This document shows, piece after piece, positions 23,867 through 34,786 of a stretch of 64,000 bases of DNA; within the stretch, counting starts at the first letter, position 1; the number at the start of each line of letters is the position of its first letter. The notes beneath the pieces are model-generated. The model made no database searches and was not told the DNA's origin. It worked only from the letters and a program-made list of their open reading frames with translations. The stretch spans positions 191,402 through 255,401 of the forward strand of contig NMRA01000143.1 of NCBI GenBank assembly GCA_002633005.1, in the 5' to 3' direction. The DNA is from Phoronis australis. Lineage: Eukaryota; Animalia; Phoronida. The translations under genes and the position numbers were made by a program.

Positions 23867-25211
23867 TGGGAAAATATGTCGGGATGAGGTGGACACGTTT
23901 TTAATGACACTGGTGACGAACTGTATGCTGACGTTGGTTGTACGTTGAAGATGTGAGAACAATTGAGGAGCTTAATCAGGCATTGAAGTTGATTTTTGGT
24001 AGATGTGTAAAGTCACCATTTTAATGGGACTGGCAGGAAATCGTGTGAACTTTTCAGTGCAATGAATTCCAGAAACGAGTGATATTTTCTTCACTGATGG
24101 ATTTTGGTAGCAGTCTTTAAATGTTCTCAAACCTTAATAACGGTCAGAAGCAGTCACGCTTCTTTAATAGCAGATTCTGTTGCGTTTGTGTTGGTCCATA
24201 TAATGTTGCAAGTCGCATGCCCCACAGTCATTGTATTGTGAAATAGATTTATGGTAACCGTTGTTATAGTAACTACTTGCAACACAATGTGCACAAGCAG
24301 TGTAACCTTAACAGCTGGCTACAACTGCGCACCCCAGTAGCTATTTAGTGGTACAACAACCTGCAGGCTCTTTGAAAAATCTGCTACTCACGACACTATG
24401 AGGACCACGTTGAACCCTTAGGCTTCTCACCACTGTAAAATCTTGGGATTATCCGTGAATGTTGCCAGGTGCGGTTATTGGGAGCAATCGTTTGGTAGTT
24501 TCTCCCAAACTTGATCTAAGTTGGGAGCAACGTTTTAAATGGCCTAAATCATAAGCTCGTTTTGACAACCAACATCGCCCAACGCAGGTGCCTCGGGACT
24601 TGATACGTGACAAGTATAGCAGGGTACTGTATGTTTTTCACCATCATTTGTATCACTTGTGTAGCAGTGAACTATTTTCTTGTGCATTTTGCACTATGAT
24701 AGAGAGTGTGAGAAGATAACGCAAGCATATTGAAGTGTTAGTTTATTAACAATTTTGTGATGAATGCAAAATGACAAAATTCAAATGAAGCACCACTTAA
24801 GTCAACCCAAACTTTCCAACTACCCACAGTGGAAAGTTCGGAAATCCAAACTTTCCGACTGCCCAGTGGATAACTTGGAAATCCAAACTTTCCAACTTCC
24901 CACAGAGGGTAATTCTCTACTGGCGGACTACACTTTCCTCTCTACCCAGTTGCGCACTACACACATGCATTTTAGTGATATCGTAAGCGATGAAAGAGAC
25001 TTGTTCAACCAAGACTTTCAGAGACTGCCAAGCATGTAAGTAAGGCAAACAAAACTTCAAGGCACAAATGAAGAGTAAACACAATGCAAAAACTACTCGA
25101 GAGAAGGCACTACACTTCTGACAAAGCCAAATAGTTCTGCGAACATAGACATTCCAGAAGGCTTCATTGAACTTGGAATGCTTCACAATGCGTGTGTTAA
25201 GATCAAGTTGT

Positions 25212-25387
25212 AATTGACCTATCGCAAGCTCCGACCTCTCGCGAAAAGTCGACAAACAAACAATTTTTACCAGACAACGTGTTGTTTGTCGGGTAAAATA
25301 GCAGCTTGGAAACAAAGGTGTGTCAAGAACGCTGCGTTCTGATTGGTCAGTTAAGCCATCACTCAAAATCCTGGCGATAGGTCAATT
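25212..25387. mobile_element. Small MITE-like element
   Basis: Perfect 14-bp inverted ends AATTGACCTATCGC ... GCGATAGGTCAATT. Confidence 0.55.
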
Positions 25388-26186
25388 GTTGGCCATAGAC
25401 TACATCCCCTGAAGCAATACTCCAGAGTTCACTCATTCTGTATTCACAACTCCTTGAAGCACATTCACTTCAAAGAACAAAGACCCGTTAGAACATTCAA
25501 CATTTGAAGTCAATTCTGACTGTAACTTGGGTCATGCTCAGCACCTTTGATAAACACTTCAATGGCTTTCTCATTCTTTTCTAACCCAGACGTTTGGTCA
25601 AGGCACTCGGTCACAACTAAGGGCAAATTAATGTGAGAGGCAAGATTCTTCAATCCAGACAAACACAGTCGCTCACTTTGAAGCTCTAAATGCTCACAAT
25701 TTCACTAAATCGGAACAGTTAAGAATTGAAGAGAAAAAAAATGCTAATAACAGAGAGGTAGAAATTTTCCAAAGTAATTCATTTATTCACAGACTGCTGT
25801 TTAACTGTTTTGGGCTGCACTCTACAGAGCTTTGTAAATGAATGACGGGTTGAATAGCAACCAAGTGCTACACGAAACAATGATACACTACTTCTGAGTT
25901 ACAGGACAGCAGGAAACACCAACAACTCGTTATTCATTGACAAAGGATTGTAGAGTGCAGTCTGTAACTTCAAGATCGCAGTCTCTGAGTATTAGTGCAT
26001 TACTTCACCCTTCCCTGACCAGAGACTACGAAGAACTTTTTTATGTTGAGAGAATTTTGTTAAGAATGTGTTGTATATTGATGAATCTGTACCGTGACTC
26101 AAGTTGAAACAATGAAATGATGATGACAAAAGATCATAGCTTCAGCACTGAAGCCATGTTCAAAGAGTTCGTGAAATATTCATTGG

Positions 26187-29100
26187 CTACACCAATAGCA
26201 CTGCATTGATACAGCCGTCATTTTCAGGGTTATTCGTCACCTGTGCGTATTTACCTGGAAAAAACAGCAAACGATTCAATCAAACATTGAAGAGTTTGAA
26301 AAAGACAAAATTCAGAGTTTTTATTTGATTTCTGTAAGGCAATCACTAATAGAAATATTTGGTAGTAATTGGTCAACATTTTTGAGGTGTAACAAAATGC
26401 GTATCAGCCCCCGTTTTCAACCTTTATCCAACCTCAAGAAAGCTGTTGCAGAAAAATTATAGAAAACTATCAGTCACAAATAGCTAAGGGCTGTTCCAGC
26501 AAAATCTGTATGGGAGGGTGGGGAAGGCACTTTTATTTCGTACCCACCGCCCATATTTTTCATTTATTTCTCCAACCCATGACCCATAATTTTTTAATTA
26601 TTTTTAATAGGTTAAAATATAAAATCCAACACTTGCAAACAAATTGCCTCCAGGAGGACCTGTTAAGAACTTAGATGATTGACAGACAAGAACTAGTTGT
26701 CTTGTNNNNNNNNNNNNNNNNNNNNNNNNNNNNNNNNNNNNNNNNNNNNNNNNNNNNNNNNNNNNNNNNNNNNNNNNNNNNNNNNNNNNNNNNNNNNNNN
26801 NNNNNNNNNNNNNNNNNNNNNNNNNNNNNNNNNNNNNNNNNNNNNNNNNNNNNNNNNNNNNNNNNNNNNNNNNNNNNNNNNNNNNNNNNNNNNNNNNNNN
26901 NNNNNNNNNNNNNNNNNNNNNNNNNNNNNNNNNNNNNNNNNNNNNNNNNNNNNNNNNNNNNNNNNNNNNNNNNNNNNNNNNNNNNNNNNNNNNNNNNNNN
27001 NNNNNNNNNNNNNNNNNNNNNNNNNNNNNNNNNNNNNNNNNNNNNNNNNNNNNNNNNNNNNNNNNNNNNNNNNNNNNNNNNNNNNNNNNNNNNNNNNNNN
27101 NNNNNNNNNNNNNNNNNNNNNNNNNNNNNNNNNNNNNCCCCCCCCCCCTCCCACACGCATTTTACTGGAACAGCCCTAACCAAACTGGAAGCTAATCCCT
27201 AACAGAACTATGGAGAAGACTGTGTGTGGGCTGCCAGCTTTTACGGATTTACCTGCATTTTATATCCTTTTAGGCCATAAGAATTTCTATGTATGAGGTT
27301 TAAAATGTCATGTATCATGGATTTTGAGAATTTATTTTACATTAAAAAATCAGCTGTCAGAAGAAAATATAAATCACCTACTAAGTTATAGTTTTTTTTT
27401 GAAGTAAGATTGGAAGTTTGGGGCAGAAAGATCCAGTAAATGATAGAAATAGTCCAAAGCCCAAGGTCCATCCCATAAGACATATCCCAGGTATCAGCGT
27501 ATTATTGAATGCAAATTTCCTATCAGGTTTCCGTTTTGTGATTGGTCAACTGACATTGACCTTTGAATGACTGACCAATGAAAAATGCATTTACATGGTT
27601 TAGCATTGCAGGATATCATCTGCCTTTGAAAATCATGTCAAGATGTCGATCGCTGAGTTTTGGAAACAAATATTACAAGATATTGCACTGAGAAATGGGA
27701 AAGGAATTCACTATTTTCTGAATTCACCACTGGGCATGGATCAGAAATCACCGAGATTTGCCGAACACCTGACAATGGTCCGATAGTGAGAAATTGACCG
27801 TGTTAACCACATTACAAAAATTTTGAGCTCAGTTTTTAATGGCCTGATTGAACATGATTTGAAGCTAAAATTCGTTGGTTTAGGGTATACTACGCCGCCT
27901 TGAACACTCAACTTTCCAAAACATTGCAAATTGAACGGTCAAGTTTTCAGTTGAACAATGTGGATTATGCCAAATGAGAGGATGTCACTCTTGTAGTGAT
28001 TAGAAAGTGTTCTTACCCCATATAACTTTTCCACCTTGTGTAACTAGACCAAGCTCACTGATATTGACCTGAAACGGAAATTATCTATAGTGCGGCAGGA
28101 AACTTGAAATGTGGCACTCTCAACATCAGTCGCTTTATTACGAACGAGTCTCAAAGAAGGTGAACTGGCACTTACACACAGTTCAAATAGGACAAACAAC
28201 TGAAATGTTACAAAGACAACCTGAAATGTACAAGCTAGCCAGTAACAAGTGGTTTCCTTTCAACAATGTTCTTCTCTCACAAACTTTCATTCTATTTTAT
28301 GCTATTCTCTGAGTAAACAGCTCCCTGGTATAATGTACTGTAAGAGTAATATGACTCGGTGTAAGTACTTGTTAGTGAGATAAGAATGCACAACTGAACA
28401 CAACCAAGACCACACCGTGTTTACTTCCTCTCCTTTCGTAATTACCTCTATCACTGTTCCCTTGGTGATAACCCCTAATGACGTATACATGGGTGAGCTT
28501 GGGTTCTTCTTGACACCAATGAGGGGCAGGCAGAATGTCGCCTTCAACTCGGGATGAGTGACGTGAGCTTTCTTGAAACGCAGAGCCTGGAAAAGATTGA
28601 CACAATACATTCAATCATAGAGACTGACTAGAAATCATAATGGAAACAACTTCTTAATGGAGCACCTCTTTTCAATGCGTAACACTGAAACCTGTCAGTG
28701 ACAGATGAACTTTCACTCGACTGGTCTGAACATTTTCATATTTATTTATTTATTTATTATTGTGATATTTAAAATGAGGGTGGCCTCTTCAGTGATAGCA
28801 CTGCTTTCCAAGAGGGCCCTCAAAGAATTTCTATCAATTTACATTTTCAAATTTCATTCAATTCTTGTTTGTTTCAAAATTGACAGGACTATGAAGAAAA
28901 TGTTCAGTATCTGATACTTGGAAGACTCTTTATCATCAAGGTATGTTAATTTCCAAGTATTGACGAGAAGCAAGTTGTGAATGTTGCCGGTGATTGGCCA
29001 GTGTAATCAACTGAGGCCACAGGCATATCAAAAACTGCCCTAAGAGTCTCAACAGGTGCTTTCTCTGACAAAGCCAACAAAAACTTGCAGCCTTCGTGCT

Positions 29101-32100
29101 CTTTTCAATCTTTAGATGTCTCGTTGTTGTTATATGTTATTCAAGTCAACATAGCGCATTACTTCAGCAATGAATTATAATTTCGGGTTTGCCAAATGCA
29201 GTCTTGATACAGAGGCAATCGATCATCTCCAGTATGTCCAGCAATTCACTATATATAATTTAATGGCACAAAACTAGGAGACTGTCCAACTTGATATACA
29301 GGAAGAACTCCAGATTAGTCTCAAAACCACTCCAGAGATGGCGCAGTGTGCGACTTTAATTCAGACCATGAAACAGTGTACTTACCATAGGCCTGATAAA
29401 ACGTTCATATTTCGGTGGTTTTCGTGTAAACCCTTCACCTACATATGTAACTTTGGTTACCATGCGCTTCCAAGCTTTCCCTGTAATTTTACACGACAGA
29501 AGTACAATTACAGTCTACCCACAATCCAATCAAACAACTACAGCCTACCCAAAATGCACATTACTTAATCAATCACTCCTTAACAATCAATAACTGACAA
29601 AACAATTTTATTGAATTGCACGACGACTTAAAAATTGACTTAGGAGCAAAGTCAACAGGGAATTGAGCAGTTGAACCCTAAAAAATGAACAGTTTAATGT
29701 GTAACTACAAGCAGGAATGTGACATTACAAATGTCTTGAGTCGACCTCCTTCAACACACTTCATGCACAGGTATATCTGAACACACTGAGAATGCTAAAA
29801 CACTTAACAAATAGCTTCCATACTTTTTGTCTTTCCTGTCTTGACCACTCTGAACATTTCAGCTTCACTGACTCCTTTCACTTTAGGTATTGGCACCTCC
29901 CACTTTCCCTAAAGAAAAACAAGGAGCAACTTGAGTGACCAGCACACATAAAGGCAACAAGTGAATCTTGCACATCCAGATTACAGTGCTCCATACATCA
30001 ATAGTTGATCAAGTAAAAATACAAACACGGTCCAAAAGGAGAGCAGATCCTGATTTATCTGCTCGACCACTTTTGCACGGCAGTAATGAAGCCTGCATCC
30101 ATCCAAACATAAGTAACATGCCCGCATAAACTGTCGGTTAATGAGGTTAACGAAAATTTTATGATCAGCGTGAAGAGAGCTACTTAAAAAGCAAAATTAA
30201 ACTGCGGTTTTGCCAAATTTGAATACGAATTTTGAAGCAAGAAGCAAGGTGATCAGCTGTTTTCAACATGTACATTTTCAATAAAAAATTGTTAATAAAA
30301 CCTTATCAAATTCACTTCAGATTTCAATAGTTGGACGCACGAATTTGCTTAATACGAAATTAAACGTCAAGCTGTGAGCCTGCTACAGCCGTCCACTCAC
30401 CGCCTTCTCTTTGCGTTTCTGTTTCACCATATTGGAGAGCACTTTGGCACGAGACTGTCCCTCTCTGTCTAGGAGGTAGGCAGGTACTGCACCCTCAGGC
30501 ACCGTGTCGTCTGACTTCTGTTTGGTCTGCCGCTCCTCATGCATTTTAAGCCTGGGGAAGAAAGTCTCGCACATAATCCCAGATTATTAGCAGATTTCAT
30601 TCAGAACTGATACCTAAGTCAAAGATAAATGATCAACTCTAAATTGAGGGTGGGAGTGAAACAAGAGACAGGTGGGCTATGGGCAAACAATCCCTCCTGA
30701 AAAATTTATAAAAATCACACGAAATTCCCCTCATGAGGCCTGAAAATTCCCCTCAAGTGATTAAAAATTCCCCTCGAGGTTGGAATCACTTGTGACTCAC
30801 ACAGGCAACGATTTGAAATGGTACAAAATGTTAGTTTTGGCTACTTGTGCAAGAGCCTATGAGGGAAGGCACTAGGAGTGGTAGGTGATATTGATGGCGA
30901 TGGGGGGAGGGGGTGGGGGTAGAACTTTCCCCTCACCCAAAACATTCCCCTCTCAGAAGGCAATCTTTCTCCTCAAGTGAAGGAGGGCATTGTGGGCTAT
31001 TAGTTATACAATGTCTGTACACCTATTCATTGACATACACTTCGTCTTCTAATATGTACACCTATTCATTGACATACACTTCATCTTCTAATATTTACTT
31101 TCTTGGGGACACCACATGTAATCCTTCATTAACATGCAGTCAAATTTCAAGCACGAGTCTAGAAAATGCCTACTTTCATTGACCTAGTTTGCAGTGTTTC
31201 CAAAGTAAGCAATGTGATGACTTCAGTAACAAGAATTAACTTGATCTAGCAAGTTGCTAATAATGTCGAACCTGTTGTTCTCTGCAGTGAAACTTGCTTC
31301 CGTATTGATTACCCTGGAAACACTTCGATTAGAATTAAGATTAGAAGAAACAACAAAGGACGTGTCTCCAATGCTACAGACACAGCACAGCACGTGTCAA
31401 CAAAACCAGACACAATGCAAAATGTGTCACCAGTGCAACAGACACAATGCAAGACGTGTGATAAATGCTGCAGAAATAACAGGACGTGTCATTAATGGTA
31501 CAGACACAATGCAGGACTTACGTTTTCTTCATCTGTACCTTTTCAGAATGCCTCTTTTTGTTGTACATCTTAGCTCTACAAAAAAATAACACAAAGTTCA
31601 TCTAGTCAACATACATTTACCTTTATTCCAATCAAATCCAGTCTCAGTTCCTAAATGTGGGTCAAACTAAGTCAACCAACTAGGAAAAGTCTAGAATTAA
31701 AAAATCTTTAAATTCATTTTTGGAGTAGTGAAAACCACTGGGAATTCTGAAAGAGCCCCTGATATCATTAAGCCCTATGGGGCTTTTTCTTGATCACATT
31801 TCTAGCATAGGAATGGCGTATTCAAAATGTGACAAAATGTCAATATTTTCTCAATTTTGGCCCTTTAAAGGAATCATCAGGCTACTCTTACACATGTGCG
31901 CACCCAGGGAGGGGCTTGGGGGCTCAAACAAGCCCCCCCCCACCCTATTTGGCGAAGTGGACAAAAAGGTATAGCTCAGAGAAACAAAAACTCCGAAAAA
32001 AGTAGAAAACCAGACATAAGTCCACTAAAAAGACAGAAACTACCAAAATTCAGTGAATGCACAATTCATAGCTCTGAACGTACCCCGTGAATCTTAGTAA

Positions 32101-34178
32101 AAGGTCCACATTCTCAAAAAATTTGAGCCCCCTATTTTTAGGCTAGGTACATACTTGTTGCAATAGACAAACTGCTGAAAAAGGAATCCTGGCTGGTATT
32201 CCAAGTCACCTAAAGCTAAAAACTCTTAAGTAGAAGCAACAAGTCACCACCTCAATCACTGACTTTTTTCTAATCTCATTTGCACACACTTACTTCCTCT
32301 TACAACAATTCTAAAGCAAACCGCTGAATGAAGGTGATGTGGTAAGCCATAAAAATGCCAAAAGAACACCAGCATTTTTCTCCTGGAACGAACACCACGG
32401 GAGCTTTTTTTTTGATGTGCCCAAAAGAGCCACCTCGACATCCCGGTATACCTATGGTATCAGTGAACATAATTCGCAAGAAAACTAAAAAACACGTACT
32501 TGAGACCACGTAGTTTCTTTGCTTTCTTTGCATCTTCGTGGACAGAGCGAGCCTCTTTTTTCCTCCTGGAATAAATATGTTAATTATATTAATAATTATG
32601 TCAATAATAGTGATAAATTAACAACTGTTCTACAGCTGCTAAAGCTGGCCTTTATGTTAACTCAAGAGTTTGGTGGAACATAAATTTTATCACCGATGGC
32701 AACAACATGAGGCAGTTATTATCTCTTAGATGGAATACGAAAATTCCATGTTCTTGAATCATGAACATTGAATTAACCACGCACCATTGTTGTTATCCTG
32801 TTATCTTCAAACTGCTTGTAACGAACTTAACTTACACACAAGGTTGTCATTGTTTACTGATAGGAACAATCCACCAAGAAATCAAGAACAAGACCTGCCC
32901 CCTAAACAAATGTTACAAGATCTAGGCCTAGTCATAATCCACACGCTTACTTTCTTTCATGGTGATCCAGTCGGTAACCATGGCGCTTCCTGTGAAGCTC
33001 AATGTGCTCGTTTTGTGGCTGAAACAAACACATTAACATAAAACAACACTCAACATATGTTTAACAAGGCTATAAACTTGTCTTCCGTCAAAGAAACAAA
33101 CTTGTGATTTAGCCCCACCAGCACTATGAAATTGATCTGAAAGTGTTCGTCAGTCAAACCAAAGGTGACTGCTAGGCTTAGAAATAACTAACCGTTTATT
33201 AAATCAGCTTTTGGCCACAGTAGGATTAAAAACCGGACGATTGCCGCAAAAATAAAAAAGTTCATCTTCAATCAATGTTTTGTCTGTTCATTAGACATCA
33301 TCATGATCGTATTTACAAAGGACAGCAAGTGCCAACATACAGCTCAGGTAACATCCATAAATTGAAGTGAGAGATACAGGGAATATAGTCAGTAGCTGGT
33401 CATCTGAGCAAAATAATTACATCCCTAACTGGAAAATTTCACCAAAATCGACAAACATACAGGTAGTATTAGGATGAGAACCCAGCAGCTATGGACATCT
33501 GTTTGCAATGTCTGCAATCCCACAGGTCAGTAGCCTTGAAACCAAGCTGCCTAATTACAAACATCATTAAAAACAGCTCTCTATAGCAAGCGGAAAAGTA
33601 TTTTGTAATCGGTGTGAAAACAATCACATTAGTCTGTTATTCTGCAGTTAAATTTCTGGATTAATTTCCAGTGCCATAACATAGAGCCATCTAATGGCAA
33701 TCTCTGTTTTAACAGGACTTTCACATGATTTCTGTCTTGATTGAAGTTCACATACTTAGATATGAAAGTTATGACAGAAACACCTCTGTAGGGTAAATTG
33801 AGGCCATGAAAATACTTGACGTGTGCTGGATGCTTCATAGGACTTGAAGCCACGAAAATACCCAATGTGTTCCCAGTGCACCAATTTACTGCCACAGGGT
33901 CGCTTTTCCAAATAAGACACTTGGTCAGATAGCGCTTAGAGTGACCATCGACGGTGAAGGTCCTAGACGCTTCATACGCTGGAAGCTTTTTGGCCAATTA
34001 TGCCTCACACTGACTAAAACATCAAAGTCACATTGTTATAAATATCTTTTGCGCATAGAGGGACACCTTAGGAGGCCGTCGATGTATTTAATTCCTTCCA
34101 ACTCGAACAAATACTCCCGTAATCAATTTTTTTCTTCAGCAGTCCCTAGTTTAGTTCCCAAAATCGGTAACTCACCAT
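26187..34178 (-). CDS. NSA2: Ribosome biogenesis protein NSA2 homolog, 260 aa, 10 coding exons
   Basis: Exons (minus): ATG only at 34176-34178 (alternative 34607-34609), 32951-33018 ([23 protein letters not shown]), 32500-32565, 31522-31575, 30401-30551 ([31 protein letters not shown]), 29824-29908 ([10 protein letters not shown]), 29386-29480 ([31 protein letters not shown]), 28446-28586 ([29 protein letters not shown]), 28017-28068, 26187-26254 ([21 protein letters not shown]). Sum 783 nt = 260 codons plus stop. Confidence 0.98.
26488..27176. mobile_element. PIF/Harbinger-type (Tourist-like) MITE in the last NSA2 intron; contains gap 26706-27137
   Basis: TIRs GGGCTGTTCCAGCAAAAT / ATTTTACTGGAACAGCCC flanked by TAA on both sides (26485-26487 and 27177-27179). 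Confidence 0.85.
30688..30992. mobile_element. hAT-like MITE
   Basis: Ends CAATCCCTCCT / AGGAGGGCATTG, internal TTCCCCTC repeats, and the 8-mer TGGGCTAT at both 30673-30680 and 30993-31000 (left copy offset by 7 nt). Confidence 0.55.
31892..32157. mobile_element. Degenerate MITE
   Basis: Left CATGTGCGCACCCAGGGAGGGG, right GGCTAGGTACATACTTG; a related end GGGTACGCACCTG occurs at ~62739. Confidence 0.45.
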
Positions 34179-34445
34179 GGTCCCCTGGCGTGCGAAGAGT
34201 GAAAATGGGCAGTTACCGATTTTGGGAACTGAACCAGAGACTGCTCGAAGAAAAAGTTTGATAACGGGGGTATTTGTTCGAGTTGGAAGGAATTTACATC
34301 ATCAATGATGATCAATGGCCTCCTGGCTAAGGGGTCCCTCTATGCGCAAAACGTATTTATAATAACGTGACTTTGATGTTTTAGAAAGTGTAAGGCCTAA
34401 TCGCCGAAAAGCTTCCGGCGTATGAAGCGCCTGGGAGCTCCACTG
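33953..34445. repeat. Long inverted repeat (arms ~33953-34172 and 34211-34445, 38-nt spacer)
   Basis: AGTTCCCAAAATCGGTAACT pairs with AGTTACCGATTTTGGGAACT; AATTCCTTCCAACTCGAACAAATAC with GTATTTGTTCGAGTTGGAAGGAATT; CTAAAACATCAAAGTCAC with GTGACTTTGATGTTTTAG. Confidence 0.93.
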
Positions 34446-34609
34446 AGTAGGCCTACTGCGGTGCAGGTAGAGCAGAGCCAGAGAGACCCTTCTTCAGCCT
34501 CAGGCTCAGGAGGCTCAGGCTTCACTCTTCACCGACTTCACTCGAGGCCAGTGTTTTAGGAAAATATAAGAGTGTGTAACGTTAAAATGTACCACAAATG
34601 AATTACCAT

Positions 34610-34786
34610 AACGAGCAAATTCTACAGTCCGACGGTAAACTCTACAACAACACTGTCTAAGCAAGTTGACTATGGTAGAAATACACCACAGCTGACTCCA
34701 ACACACACTACACACTCGTGTTTTTTAAATAGGAAAGTCTTCTGAGCATGCGCAGTAAGAATTGTGGGATTGACTCAAGCGGCAGC
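34610..34786. promoter_or_regulatory. Promoter region between divergent NSA2 and MYEF2
   Basis: Divergent starts; NRF1-like GCATGCGCAG (~34746) just upstream of the MYEF2 ATG. Confidence 0.6.

Noticed and set aside
13000-27202. Long ORFs of 155-399 aa in the ORF track
   Set aside because: They are read-through of N gaps.
33200-33310. Box C/D snoRNA in NSA2 intron 1 (ATGATGA...CTGA on the minus strand)
   Set aside because: No convincing terminal stem or recognisable rRNA antisense element.
33629-34261. Two opposing ORFs of 122 and 106 aa
   Set aside because: They arise from the inverted repeat in NSA2 intron 1 and show no protein-family features.
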